Shown: positions 28,463-39,300 of the stretch, piece after piece
How the letters are laid out: the number at the start of each line of letters is the position of its first letter
Position numbering within the stretch: position 1 is the stretch's first letter
From: an uncultured Caldisericales bacterium
Lineage (GTDB): Bacteria > Caldisericota > Caldisericia > JAAYUI01
NCBI GenBank assembly: GCA_964639885.1
Contig: CAZXEH010000001.1
Coordinates: 36,893 to 100,892, forward strand
DNA length: 64,000 bases
Direction of reading: 5' to 3'
Notes under the pieces: model-generated
Databases searched by the model: none
What the model was told of the DNA's origin: nothing
What the model saw: only the letters and a program-made list of their open reading frames with translations
Position numbers and translations under genes: made by a program

Positions 28463-29539
28463 ATGCAAATTCTAAATAAGAATTATAATCAAAACATGAT
28501 TGCCGGCGAAGTCAGAGGGGATGGTATTGTCGATCTGATCAGTTTTGTTTTGCAAAAAGGCAAATCAGGGATCCTTCATGTTGAAAACGATGTCATCGAT
28601 GGACAAATTTATATAAGCGACTGGATTATCACTGGGGCTAAAACGTCGAATTTTGAAGGGAAAGAAGCCTTTCTAGAGATTTTCCGTGCTGACAATCTGC
28701 GGTTCCATTTTGAGGAAACATCGAAAACACTGAAAAATATTGGTTTGTCATTCAAGGAACTGATTCAGGAATCATCACATGGGAGACTCAGACAAACAAT
28801 CAACGCAACAGATATAGTTAAATCAACAAGTGGCTTCAATCCTGACCTGATCACTGACATGCAAAAAAAGAAACTGGCCATTGATGCCAAAAACGGCGAA
28901 TTTGTCCAGAATCTTCTGAGGAAGAACGACGGTTCACGGGCAGAGATAATGGACTTGATCTGTGAACTGACCGTCGAAAATGCAATAAGTCTTGCCAGAA
29001 CAGACAGTCTGAAATCATTCTTTCTGTTTCCAAAAAATGTACCGATGAGGCTGGACGAGAAGGAGACATCACTTTTCAGGCTCATCTATCCAGGGATGGC
29101 CGTTGTTGATCTGATAGAAAAAACATGCATACCGCCAAAACTACTTGGAGACAGCATTACATGGATGGTTGTGAAAAATGCTCTGACCATCTGCGATCAG
29201 AATGGACGTGTGGTGGAGCCAAGGGTTATCCGTCTTGGTTTGTCGCTAACCAGCGATGAAAGCTCATCAAGCCTGATTGTGATTTCAGACAGGGCCTTCG
29301 GAAGCAAAGCTGGTCAGGTGAAAGTTGATCCAATGCAGGTTTCTTTCTGGCAGCAGGCGATGCAGGGATCCAGAGTGCCTGTCATAAGAATTGAATCCGA
29401 GAGAAACTCTTTGACTGTATCCTGTGAGACAGGCCGGAATCTGCTTGGTCGAATCGCTCTCCATCCTCAAGATATTGACAGACTCGGGCTTTTTGACGGC
29501 GATGATGCGATGTGCACCCCTGTCGATGTCGACATATAG
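28463..29539 (+). CDS. DUF4388 domain-containing protein
   Basis: N-terminus GDGIVDLISFVLQKGKSGILHVEND...GQIYISDWIITGAKT...GKEAFLEIF resembles the N-terminus of 10652..11593. Confidence 0.5.
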   Translation: MQILNKNYNQNMIAGEVRGDGIVDLISFVLQKGKSGILHVENDVIDGQIYISDWIITGAKTSNFEGKEAFLEIFRADNLRFHFEETSKTLKNIGLSFKELIQESSHGRLRQTINATDIVKSTSGFNPDLITDMQKKKLAIDAKNGEFVQNLLRKNDGSRAEIMDLICELTVENAISLARTDSLKSFFLFPKNVPMRLDEKETSLFRLIYPGMAVVDLIEKTCIPPKLLGDSITWMVVKNALTICDQNGRVVEPRVIRLGLSLTSDESSSSLIVISDRAFGSKAGQVKVDPMQVSFWQQAMQGSRVPVIRIESERNSLTVSCETGRNLLGRIALHPQDIDRLGLFDGDDAMCTPVDVDI

Positions 29540-29617
29540 CCCGGCATTTAACCTAAAGAAATGAACCTTTGTTTTGTTAAATGATATGAATATTGAATAT
29601 TCACCAAGGAGATAAGA

Positions 29618-30031
29618 ATGAAGAGAATGCTTGCCTGTGCAATGTTGCTTGCGGTAGTTTCCGTTGGCTGTTCAAATGCCAGTTCATCTGATGTGAGTCT
29701 TTCGGGTACCAACTGGAAGTTGGTGGGCTGGTCAATAAGCTCACAACATCCGTCCAGTTTTGAGATCACCGCAAATTTTGATGAGAAGATGGTTGCTGGA
29801 AAGTCGGCCGTAAACCAGTACAGCGGCACATACGAGCTTTCTGGAGATGGAAAAATCACCCTTGGCCCGCTGATGTCCACAGAAATGGCTGGGTCTGAAG
29901 AGGACATGAGAGCTGAAAACAACTATATAAACCTTCTGACTTCAGTAAAGAAATTCGCGATTGAAAACGGCCAGCTTTTGATGACAGATGAAAACGGCAA
30001 TCAACTGCTCATCTTCTCGAAAGCGGAGTAG
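29618..30031 (+). CDS. META-domain lipoprotein (HslJ-like)
   Basis: Lipobox (LLAVVSVGCSNA). META-like motifs (LSGTNWKLVGW; NQYSGTYELSGDGKITLGPLMSTEMAG). Confidence 0.6.
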   Translation: MKRMLACAMLLAVVSVGCSNASSSDVSLSGTNWKLVGWSISSQHPSSFEITANFDEKMVAGKSAVNQYSGTYELSGDGKITLGPLMSTEMAGSEEDMRAENNYINLLTSVKKFAIENGQLLMTDENGNQLLIFSKAE

Positions 30032-30037
30032 TCAGCT

Positions 30038-30517
30038 TTAGAATTTTATTGCCGGCTTGAGCTGTTTGTAAATCTCTTCCAGACTTGTCGGGTGAATTTT
30101 TACTTCACCTATTACCGGCATGAAGTTTGCATCACCGTCCCATCTTGGAACGATATGAACGTGGATATGATCGGCAATTCCTGCGCCAGCCACTTTTCCA
30201 AGGTTCATTCCAATGTTGAAGCCATCCGGTTCGAGAGTCGCCGAAATGACCTTGGTCATCTCTCTGGCAACCTTGAATATTTCGCAGGTCTCTTCGTCTG
30301 TGAGATCTGCAATCGAGCTGACGTGGCGGTTTGGAATGACCATGCAGTGGCCGGTTGTGTATGGGTACAAATTGAGGATGACAAAGCAATTTTTGCCTCT
30401 CCAGAGCACAAAATTCCTCTCATCCTGATTTTCCGAAACTGCCTTGCAAAACACGCATTTGTCAGGCTTTGGCGATTTGATGAAAGCCATGCGCCAGGGT
30501 GTGAAGATGCTCTTCAC
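30038..30517 (-). CDS. HIT family hydrolase
   Basis: Histidine-triad motif (HIHVHIVPR). C-x-x-C near the N-terminus (CVFCK). Confidence 0.8.
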   Translation of the reverse strand: MKSIFTPWRMAFIKSPKPDKCVFCKAVSENQDERNFVLWRGKNCFVILNLYPYTTGHCMVIPNRHVSSIADLTDEETCEIFKVAREMTKVISATLEPDGFNIGMNLGKVAGAGIADHIHVHIVPRWDGDANFMPVIGEVKIHPTSLEEIYKQLKPAIKF

Positions 30518-31035
30518 GACCCCTTTCCTTCAATGGTTGAGATGTCCTTCATGTGAATGTGGGTGGCAAGGCTGATTGATTTTGCGATTGTCAGAGCGTT
30601 TTCAACGGCTGTTTTTCTGCCGCAGAGAACAAACAGGGACTTCATGCCGTTTCCACCTGCAAGCTGAACTTCGCTGGCTTCAACTCCCTGAACTTCCATC
30701 GCTGCATTGAGTGCTGCAATTGTCGCCTGGATGCCGATGGTTTCAAAGATGCCTGTGTATTCACATCTCGTTGACATCCTCTGGCTTGTTAGCGCTCCTA
30801 TTGTTTTGGAATTGATGCCTCTGATATGGGCGATGTTTGAAACATCTTTTGTCGGATATTCGGCGAGTTTCTCGAACAGCCTCAAAAGTTGGTCTTCCTC
30901 ACCGAAAGCGACAATCTTGGGCGGAAGCAGCGAACGGTCAATTGTCGGAATGACGGTGAGCCCACTTCTTGCTATGGTCTCCCTGACCTTTTGTCTGTCC
31001 GCCCGTGAGTTTGTTTGAATGATAGCTATGTCCAT
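30514..31035 (-). CDS. BMC (bacterial microcompartment shell) domain protein with N-terminal extension
   Basis: C-terminal half fits the BMC pattern (GIFETIGIQATIAALNAAMEVQGVEASEVQLAGGNGMKSLFVLCGRKTAVENALTIA). The roughly 80-aa N-terminal extension is of unknown function. Confidence 0.4.
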   Translation of the reverse strand: MDIAIIQTNSRADRQKVRETIARSGLTVIPTIDRSLLPPKIVAFGEEDQLLRLFEKLAEYPTKDVSNIAHIRGINSKTIGALTSQRMSTRCEYTGIFETIGIQATIAALNAAMEVQGVEASEVQLAGGNGMKSLFVLCGRKTAVENALTIAKSISLATHIHMKDISTIEGKGS

Positions 31036-31039
31036 TTAA

Positions 31040-32602
31040 TCAGGCCGGGTCTGTGTCGTTGAAGTAGAGATTGGCGATTGTGTCAACACCACCTTCAATG
31101 CCTTTGGCGATCCTTTCCTCTTTGTTGTAGCTGTCAACAACTTCTCCAGGGATGATTGTCTTTGCTGTCTTTGTGGCTGCAGTGGAGAACATTCTCGAGA
31201 TCATGTTCACAATCGGAGTTCCGATAACACCAAACACAGCACCGAAAGCAAGCAGCATGACGATGACGAGAAGCGGGTCACCGGTGATGCCTGAGAACCA
31301 CATGAACATCTGGCTGGCGTGAGTGAAATCGAAGGCAAACCACAGGATGAATGACAGAACTGTGAAGAGTACAACCCTGACGATTGTGAGTACAGAACCT
31401 TCACCGTTCTTGATTTTTGCAACTGCCTTCGCAACTGAGGCGTAAAGCTCCGGCTTGTCCAGCAGTGATGCCGGGACGAAGAGGTAATAGAGCATGAAGA
31501 AGCCGTAGACTTTTGTCTCAACCGATTTGTCGCCGTCGAGCTCATAGGTGTGGATGCCAAGTGGGATGATGCTCATTCTCTTGCATATTTCCCTGATTTT
31601 GTCGGTCTTCTCATCACCGATGTCACGAGTCTGGAAAGCTCCCACAAACTCAATGAACATGATTGGAATGAGGACAGCCACTGCCGCGAAGTAAGCCATG
31701 GTGATGATGATTGTGTCTTTAGTCTGGCCAAGCATTCCGAACAGATACATGCCAATCCATGAAGTGATGATCACCGTGAAAATCAGATAAGCGATTGAAA
31801 GCTGAGTCTCTCTGGATTTGAGCTGTCCAATCATCATCAGGACGAAAATGATTATCCAACCAAGTGTTATGACGAGTCCAAGTGCAACCCATCCTGGATA
31901 AACAAGCAGTCTGAGTGTGTTGAATACGGTCCACATGCCAAAGAGTGCAAGGAAGTTGAGGATGGCCATTGTAATGACCAGGACGATGCTTGCCGGTTCA
32001 TGAGACCTTATGACTCTCTTTACGCTGTTGCCAAGGAGGGTGACCAATGCTTTTCTGACAAGGAAATAGATCGGGATGAGTATGATGGCGAGTGCTCCTG
32101 AAAGGATCCACCAGTTTGATGAGGCATGTTCGCCTGGAGCAAGTTCCGGGCTGAAAGTGATGGGGAGGAAGAACATTGTGAGCACGTACATGGCAATGAA
32201 GAAGAAGCCGAACGAGTCAATGAAAGTCGTTCTTGCCCATCTGCCAAGCACAGAAACAAATGGCATGTTGTGGATGCCGTGCTCGTATGCAAGGCTGTTT
32301 TCAACCTTCCAGTCAACAAAGAACGTGATGATGCTGTAAAGAAGATATACAAGGATTGCGAATCCGCCCCAGATGAGGAATGAGAAAGGGTAACCCCTCT
32401 CATAGGCAAGATCGCTGAGGACTCTACCAAGGCCAGTGAACAGGATGACAAGACTGAGAACGAGCCAGATGCCGAACTTGATCAGGTTCTGCTGCCATTT
32501 TTTTGTGAGGAAGCCCGGCTTATAGGGCATTTCCGGTCTTGATGTTTCCGGAATGCTGTCATTGACTGTCGTGTTTACGGGTCTGTAAATCTCTTCTTTC
32601 AT
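31040..32602 (-). CDS. hypothetical polytopic membrane protein
   Basis: 520 aa with at least 10 predicted hydrophobic helices. No family recognised. Confidence 0.45.
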   Translation of the reverse strand: MKEEIYRPVNTTVNDSIPETSRPEMPYKPGFLTKKWQQNLIKFGIWLVLSLVILFTGLGRVLSDLAYERGYPFSFLIWGGFAILVYLLYSIITFFVDWKVENSLAYEHGIHNMPFVSVLGRWARTTFIDSFGFFFIAMYVLTMFFLPITFSPELAPGEHASSNWWILSGALAIILIPIYFLVRKALVTLLGNSVKRVIRSHEPASIVLVITMAILNFLALFGMWTVFNTLRLLVYPGWVALGLVITLGWIIIFVLMMIGQLKSRETQLSIAYLIFTVIITSWIGMYLFGMLGQTKDTIIITMAYFAAVAVLIPIMFIEFVGAFQTRDIGDEKTDKIREICKRMSIIPLGIHTYELDGDKSVETKVYGFFMLYYLFVPASLLDKPELYASVAKAVAKIKNGEGSVLTIVRVVLFTVLSFILWFAFDFTHASQMFMWFSGITGDPLLVIVMLLAFGAVFGVIGTPIVNMISRMFSTAATKTAKTIIPGEVVDSYNKEERIAKGIEGGVDTIANLYFNDTDPA

Positions 32603-32604
32603 TT

Positions 32605-33246
32605 CTACCTCACTATCCTGACTTTATCGCCTGAGTTCAGCCAGGCGCCGTTTGCTTCGTCTGTGTCAACATGGAAATCTAGCGCAAAGGCAGCGTCGAC
32701 TCTGATCACTACATCTCCAACAATGGTTTTTCTTGGAGTGTTGGCGACCACCCAAACCTCTTCCTTGTCCTTGATGCCGAATTTCTCGGCTTCCGAGGTA
32801 TGCATGTGGATGTGTCTGGCTGGAACAATAACACCTTTGTCAATTGTTATTTCACCGTTAGGGCCAACAATCTTGAGTCCCGGTGTGCCTTCGATGTCGC
32901 CTGAAGTTCTGAGAACAGGATCTACTCCCAGAAGGAAGGCGTCAGTTTTTGAAATTTCGACCTGCGTTGCTTTTCTTGCCGGGCCAAGGATTCTGACGTT
33001 CTTGATGGTGTTCTTCGGGCCAACAATGTCAACCTTCTCATTTGAAGCGTACTGTCCCGGCTGTGTCAGATCCTTGTAAACGGTGAGGTCGTGCCCGAAA
33101 AGTATCTGTACGTGTTCGGCTGTGAGGTGTGCGTGTCTTGCCGAGACGCCAACATTGATGTCAAGAGCGTTCTTATCGGCAAGCGTTTTTTCTACAAGTT
33201 CATTTATATTCATATCTTCAAAACCCCTTAGGTATTTTTTCCACAA
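32605..33246 (-). CDS. pduL: phosphate propanoyltransferase PduL-like (phosphotransacylase)
   Basis: Two PduL repeat motifs (GVSARHAHL...; VPARHIHMH). 213 aa. Confidence 0.7.
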   Translation of the reverse strand: MWKKYLRGFEDMNINELVEKTLADKNALDINVGVSARHAHLTAEHVQILFGHDLTVYKDLTQPGQYASNEKVDIVGPKNTIKNVRILGPARKATQVEISKTDAFLLGVDPVLRTSGDIEGTPGLKIVGPNGEITIDKGVIVPARHIHMHTSEAEKFGIKDKEEVWVVANTPRKTIVGDVVIRVDAAFALDFHVDTDEANGAWLNSGDKVRIVR

Positions 33247-34219
33247 TCGAGTCTGCTATCGAGCATAGTAAATCAAGCGCTTCCTTTTTAACAAAAAATG
33301 AAACCGCTTCAAGGTCTTTTTTGGCTTTTGAACAATAACCCCTGGTTATTTCCAGAGACTTTGCAAGTGTCTGTTTTTCAACTGCTTCTTTCTTCACAGA
33401 GTCAAAATCCCTGTCCCAGAAGCCATCTTTTGGTTCGAGGAGGATCATGGGGTAAGTAAGGATGCCTTCCTCAAAATCCTTTCCCATCTTCTTTCCTTCA
33501 GGGCCGATCATGTCCATGAGGTCATCAGCCATCTGGAAAGCCATGCCAAGGTTGAGACCGTAATCAGTCATCGCTTTTCTGACCTCCAGGTCGCAGTTGG
33601 CGATGATGCATGGGGCAAGTGAACAAAAGGACATCAGGGAGCCGGTTTTCAGGGAGATGGTTCCCAGATAATGACTCAAAGTCCTGTCCTTGTCATATGT
33701 TGTGTCGATTTCCATCGCCTCGCCAAGGGTCATCTGTGAGATGACATTGGCGAAAACCGAAACCAGTTCCTGGGATTTGAAAATCCCAAGCTCTATCAGA
33801 GCCTGGGAGATGATGTAGTCTCCGGTGAGGACAGCGAACCTGTTGCCGTAAAGTACGTTTACGGTTTGTTTTCCTCTTCTTGAGTTTGCTTCATCCACAA
33901 CATCATCGTGCACAAGGCTTGCTGCCTGGATGAGTTCGACAAAGGTTCCCAGGTGAATGGATGTTTCGATGTCAACACCGAGAATGTTTGACACCGCAAC
34001 CGCAAGCCTGGCCCTGTATCTCTTGCCTGAAAGCTGGCTTGATGAAGACATGCTCTTGATCTTGTCAAACCAGTCTATGTTGCTGTGGCTTTGAAGGCTA
34101 GTATTGGTTTTTATCATGAGTCTGACCGCATCAGCGATTGGACCTTCGGCAACTTTTTGCAGCCTCGAGTTCACACCTTCAATTGAGCGGTCTATATAGT
34201 CACTTGAAAAAAATTCCAC
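33218..34219 (-). CDS. polyprenyl diphosphate synthase (trans-isoprenyl diphosphate synthase family)
   Basis: First and second Asp-rich motifs (LVHDDVVD; FQMADDLMD). GTG start at 34219 is inferred; the ORF is open to 34378. Confidence 0.75.
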   Translation of the reverse strand: MEFFSSDYIDRSIEGVNSRLQKVAEGPIADAVRLMIKTNTSLQSHSNIDWFDKIKSMSSSSQLSGKRYRARLAVAVSNILGVDIETSIHLGTFVELIQAASLVHDDVVDEANSRRGKQTVNVLYGNRFAVLTGDYIISQALIELGIFKSQELVSVFANVISQMTLGEAMEIDTTYDKDRTLSHYLGTISLKTGSLMSFCSLAPCIIANCDLEVRKAMTDYGLNLGMAFQMADDLMDMIGPEGKKMGKDFEEGILTYPMILLEPKDGFWDRDFDSVKKEAVEKQTLAKSLEITRGYCSKAKKDLEAVSFFVKKEALDLLCSIADSIVEKIPKGF

Positions 34220-34298
34220 GGATGGAAATTCTACATCCTCTTTTGCCCCATTCAAGGTTTGGGTTGACTTTGGTTTTTGGGGCGACCATAATTGGTTT

Positions 34299-34949
34299 GT
34301 GGTAGGTTTTGAATCTGAATCGAAGTTCACGATATTCAAGAATCCAAAGTCATTCCAGGATGATGTGGTCGCAAGCATCTCAACCCTTGGCTATGAATCA
34401 AGCCAGTTGAAGGTGACCGACCAGGTTGACGTATATCTTGACTGCCAGATGAAAATCTACAAAGCTGGTTATTCACTCAGAAACAGGTACAGGCAAAGCT
34501 CCCTGCACATGATAACGCTTAAAACCCTCGAAAGGCTTGATGAGGCTGGGAATGTCCGAATCGAGGAAGAAGCAAGAACGCTCAAGGATCTTGTCAAAAA
34601 ACTGACAGGAAAGCTAACCTCAATTTATCAGGATCCCGTTGACGAAGATGTGATAAACCTGATCAAAACCCCAGAAGTTCTTAGTCCGGTTCTGATACTC
34701 ACAAACCACAGGGAGATGCTTGAAATAAAGCTGGGAAAGCAGAAATGCGAGGTTGCATTCGACACCTATGCGTACCTCTTTCCCACAGCCTCTGCTCCTG
34801 TTTATGAACTTGAGATTGAAGGCTCCAAAGAATTCGATACAATACGGGACTACATATACAAGAAGTATGGGCATGGAAGATGGCAGACCATTGGCCTGAC
34901 AACCATGAGCAAGTTTGAAAACGGACTCAGGCTAGGAGGAATGATATGA
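34299..34949 (+). CDS. CYTH (triphosphate tunnel metalloenzyme) domain protein
   Basis: N-terminal ExExK-type motif (ESESKFTI) and CYTH-length β-barrel pattern. Stop/start overlaps the next gene. Confidence 0.5.
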   Translation: MVGFESESKFTIFKNPKSFQDDVVASISTLGYESSQLKVTDQVDVYLDCQMKIYKAGYSLRNRYRQSSLHMITLKTLERLDEAGNVRIEEEARTLKDLVKKLTGKLTSIYQDPVDEDVINLIKTPEVLSPVLILTNHREMLEIKLGKQKCEVAFDTYAYLFPTASAPVYELEIEGSKEFDTIRDYIYKKYGHGRWQTIGLTTMSKFENGLRLGGMI

Positions 34950-35644
34950 TCCCCACATCAGAAAGAGAACTCAAGCTCGACGTGAATCCACTTGGTGCAC
35001 TCAAGCTTATCGATAACCTGCCGCAACTTATGGAACGAAATGGCTGGCCCGTAAAGTCAAAACTCACCCAGATCAACTATGACCGATATTTTGACAGACT
35101 GCTTCCTCCAGGTGTGTTCATGCTCTCTTCCAACGATTCATACATCAGGGTCAGGAAGACCGTTTGGCCAAACTCCTCCCGAGAGGCAGAGTTCGTTGCC
35201 TACAGAAAGCTCAACGAAGCAGCCTACGGAAAACCGGCAGAAATTTTTGATTATGAGATTTCGGTTCTCAAAACCAGGGAGATTATCCAGGAGCTGGTGA
35301 AAGACATGCCCGACAAGCTCAATTACCCAACTCCGGATGCAATCGGGCCAATTGAAAACCTGGAATCGATGGGCCTTTCAGAGATTATAAGGCTGAAATG
35401 CGAGAGGACAGTTTTTCCAATCACTTTCTCGGATCAGCCAAACGACATGGTTAAAATAAAAATCGATCTCTTCACCTTCAAATCACGACAGGACAAGCTC
35501 TTTGGTCAAATTGAGGTTGATTATTACAATCCGACCCTGTTTGACCTTTCCAGCCAGATTTTCAAAACGATACAGAATGTTCCGGAACTCGAAGCAAAGT
35601 TCTCGTCTACTTCAAAATTAGCCTTTGGGATGGAGCTTATCTAA
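34946..35644 (+). CDS. CYTH-like domain protein (second, tandem)
   Basis: N-terminal ERELKL motif. Similar length, and coupled to the upstream CYTH gene. Confidence 0.4.
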   Translation: MIPTSERELKLDVNPLGALKLIDNLPQLMERNGWPVKSKLTQINYDRYFDRLLPPGVFMLSSNDSYIRVRKTVWPNSSREAEFVAYRKLNEAAYGKPAEIFDYEISVLKTREIIQELVKDMPDKLNYPTPDAIGPIENLESMGLSEIIRLKCERTVFPITFSDQPNDMVKIKIDLFTFKSRQDKLFGQIEVDYYNPTLFDLSSQIFKTIQNVPELEAKFSSTSKLAFGMELI

Positions 35645-35749
35645 CAAATAGCAATCATCATCGATGTTCATGAAAAAGTAACGTCACAGGTTAAATATTA
35701 ATGATTTATAATATCCTATCCGAAATAATTTTCGGGTGTCGACCCAATA

Positions 35750-35779
35750 AAAAACGGCACCTATATCGGTGCCGTTTTC
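35750..35779. terminator. bidirectional Rho-independent terminator
   Basis: AAAAACGGCACC-tatatc-GGTGCCGTTTT: an 8-bp GC-rich stem with an A-run and a T-run flanking. Confidence 0.65.
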
Positions 35780-35803
35780 AAAACCTTTTCAGTTTCTACA
35801 GCT

Positions 35804-35983
35804 TCAGGAGCAGGTGATTGCTGAAACCGGGCAATTGTCCATTGCTTCCTGGCAGCACGGAACGTTGCAGTCCACTGCCTTTGCTATTGCGATATTGTCA
35901 TCGCCCATTTCAAACACGTCTGGACACAGCGAGGCGCAGACTCCACAACCAATACAGGTGTCGGCATCAACTTTGGCCTTCAT
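35804..35983 (-). CDS. 4Fe-4S ferredoxin
   Basis: 59 aa. CIGCGVCASLCP cluster motif plus further Cys residues. GGAGG RBS before MKAKVDADTC. Confidence 0.75.
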   Translation of the reverse strand: MKAKVDADTCIGCGVCASLCPDVFEMGDDNIAIAKAVDCNVPCCQEAMDNCPVSAITCS

Positions 35984-36218
35984 TTTTCCTCCTTGGAGAT
36001 AATGACATGCGTAGTATATTAAGGGCATTGGTGATGTCAACCCATTCAAGATTTGGTTTTGGTGGAGCCATATAAAATTATGAATCGGTCATACTAATCT
36101 GTGTTCACGCATATCATACATATTTACCTATCTGTGCAATTTTTTCTCGTTTTTTAGCATTTTATGCATTGTCCACCGACACCCATATGTTAAATTTCGG
36201 TTGTCGCTTGGGGCGCTC

Positions 36219-36253
36219 TTGACTTCATGCCGTACTTAGCTATTATTCTATTT
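36219..36253 (+). promoter_or_regulatory. putative sigma70-type promoter within a 330-bp AT-rich leader
   Basis: TTGACT, a 16-nt spacer, then TATTAT. Followed by an AAAGGAGAAG RBS before ATG 36331. Confidence 0.35.
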
Positions 36254-36330
36254 GCCGATATGTTTTTCGGTCTTGTCTTTATTTAGGTCTTGTGTAATCA
36301 AATTTTGTATTTATTTAAAGGAGAAGAAAT

Positions 36331-39300
36331 ATGAAGAAGATAGCATTCCTCATTGCTATTGTGCTTTGCATGCAGATGTTTGCAATTCCTGCATTCGCAA
36401 CCAGCAACTCTACAGTCACGCCAGATGATGATTACAAGCCTGCATCCATTATCCTCGATGTCACACAGTGGGCTTCAAGAACAACATCATACTGGACAGA
36501 CCCGCAGTTCCTTACCGAGAGCAGACAGGTCGTCGGCTCAATGATAAGAAACATGGGTTTTGACAGACTTGCCAAAGAAAACCCGGGAAGCGTGATGCTG
36601 CCTGTCGTTTACCATTCAATCAATGGCAAAGTCCAGGTTTCTCCTCCACCGAAAAATATCTCTCTTTCATCAAAAGGTCTCAATCCATTCTCAACAAAAT
36701 CGGTTACAGCGCTCCCATCAGGAACGATCACCTGGGATTTCGTTGGTTCCTGTACCTCTGGCGCACCACTGTCCGGACCACTCTTTGACTGCGCAACCGA
36801 AATGCCTTACATCAATGACTTCATCACGCCGACCGGCTCTGGTTTCTGGACATCAGGCATGAACAACTGCATCCGCGATGTATTTGGTTCTCCGTTCTAC
36901 ACCATCAAGGTTCAGTTTGTCCGTGATGATGCCCTTCCAACCGGTGTTGCCGGCCAGTATTGGTCATCTGGTGGAACGGGTATTGGAAAGATTCACATTC
37001 CAACAGCCATCGCCGCACCACCGAACAATGCACTTTGGGGCGCAACGGTAGGCGAATACATGCTCAACACTCTCACCCACGAAATGATCCACGCCTACTA
37101 CGACGACATGAACCTTTACTATCACGCATGGTCAGAAGGTCTCACTGAATGCCAGGCAGTCCTTGCCAGAAAGCTCTTCTGCCAGAGAAACTCATATAAT
37201 CCGTCAACATTCGTCACTCTCACCTGGGGAATCCCGCCATATGTTGCACAGTACGAACTGTTCAACCAGGAAGGTCTTCCAGGCGCACAGGGTCTCTTCT
37301 ACACAAACGTTTCAGGTGAAAGAATCATCTCTATGATGACTCCACGCTATGGAATGGCTGCAGCCTACTGGTGGAAGATTTACAGGGAAACAATTCCTGT
37401 AAACAGTGGCACAATCGACACTGGTGTTCCGGCAACATATGGTAACCAGGCATTCTTCAGCAATTTCAACGGAATGTTGTTCGACACCTGGTCAACATAC
37501 GCCGGTTCTTTCTCTGCCTACATGAGGGACTGGAACCTTCACAACACACTCGTTGCCAATACTCTTGTCAACGACAAAGGCAACAGTAATGTCGAAAGCA
37601 AGGATTTTGCATCAACATGGTTCGGCCTTCAGGAAATTATCCAGATCAGAACAAAAACCATCCTTCACCTCTACTTCCCGTACGGCCCAATAACACCGAT
37701 GGGCGGACTTACATCTCCAGCCGGAACACAGAACCAGATTTGCGACAATGGAAGCTATTTTGGCGGATTCTCTGGCCCAGGGTATCTTGTTGGTGGCGGA
37801 AACGCCCCATGCCTTTACACAACCCAGCCTGGTGGATTTGAAGTCCCTGCAAATGGTACAGCAACAATTACAGTCACCTCGATGCATGCTTCAGGTCTTA
37901 CAGTTGGTCAGAACGTAACAAACCGCGTGGGTTACAGGCCAGCCTATTCAGGTGCGGCTCCAGGAGCATGGGTTACAATCCCTGCGCTCACATTCTCGTC
38001 AGGTGCCGATGGCAGATATCCGCAGTACAACACAGCCAGCTTTGTCAACCCAGCCGGTTTCTACTTCGGTTGGACCGGTGGACCGGGTGGCGCTCTCCCG
38101 ATCGGTGCATACATGCTCCAAGTCGATGCAGTCTCAGGTGCAAGCACGGCTCAGCAGTTCTGCTATTTCGCCTCTGGATACCAGAACCAGTATTACAACT
38201 CAGGAGTCATCATTGGTTCGGGAACACAGACAGGCGATGTCATGGCTGTCAATCTCAATGGCAGCGCATGGGTGAACCTTCCAGGCGTAACACCGCCATG
38301 GGGCGCACCACCAAGAGCAGCATTCCAGGGCAACTACAACGGTGCCTCATATGCAAACGGTGGCATGATCGGTTACAGATTCAGGGCAAATGGTGCAGCC
38401 TACTACGATTATGACTATGCCAACGGTGGCATGTACTATTATGTAAAGAACTTCGTAACCTCATTCAACAGACTCACGCACACCCTCCCGCCTTATGTTG
38501 GCAGATACGGATTTGCTGTAATCTCCCAGTCAACCGACTTCCTCGGAGCCGCAGACCCAACTGGTGACAATCACGCAGCATTGACGTATTATGAAAAATT
38601 CTGCTCGGAGTCCTCACAGCCATCAACTGCAGGTCTCTCAAGGCTTGTCTACAGACCGGACTACATTCCTGATGGCTCAAGAGTGATTGCCTGCTTCCTC
38701 TACGCCAATACTGTCGGACGCAATAACGGTGGTGTTTACGAAGAGAGACCATTGAGAGTCAGAACCGGGACAGATGCAAATTGGCACGATGTTTATGGTC
38801 TCTTCCTCGGCCGCGACGATGAACCTCTCAGAAACTCTACAGGGTCATGTGCTTGCGGTGGATGGGCTCCATACCAGTCAACATTCAGATTCGACCTCAC
38901 ACCGTACATCACAGGATGCTACGACACAATCAGAATCAACAACCTGTACCAGGCGTATGAGCCAAACGGCCAGCAGTTGTTCTACGGCTTCGAGATGGTT
39001 CTTGTCTATGAGAATCCAACACTCGAATACTCACAGATTATGATCGCTGACGGCGCACTCAGAATCTGTGCAAACGAAAGAACTCAGGATGCAACAACAT
39101 TCACAGGCTTCAGAACTCCTCCAACGCCAGCAACCTGGCCAAGAGACAAATCAAGAGCCTCAGCATACATGGCAATCCTTGGCAACTCAGCCGACAATGG
39201 CTCGGGTGGAGCTGGCAGGGTCAACAATGAATGGGACTTCTGGGCAGTAGGTTCCGACAAGTACACAATGGACAGAATCTGGATCAACCCGGAACCAGCC

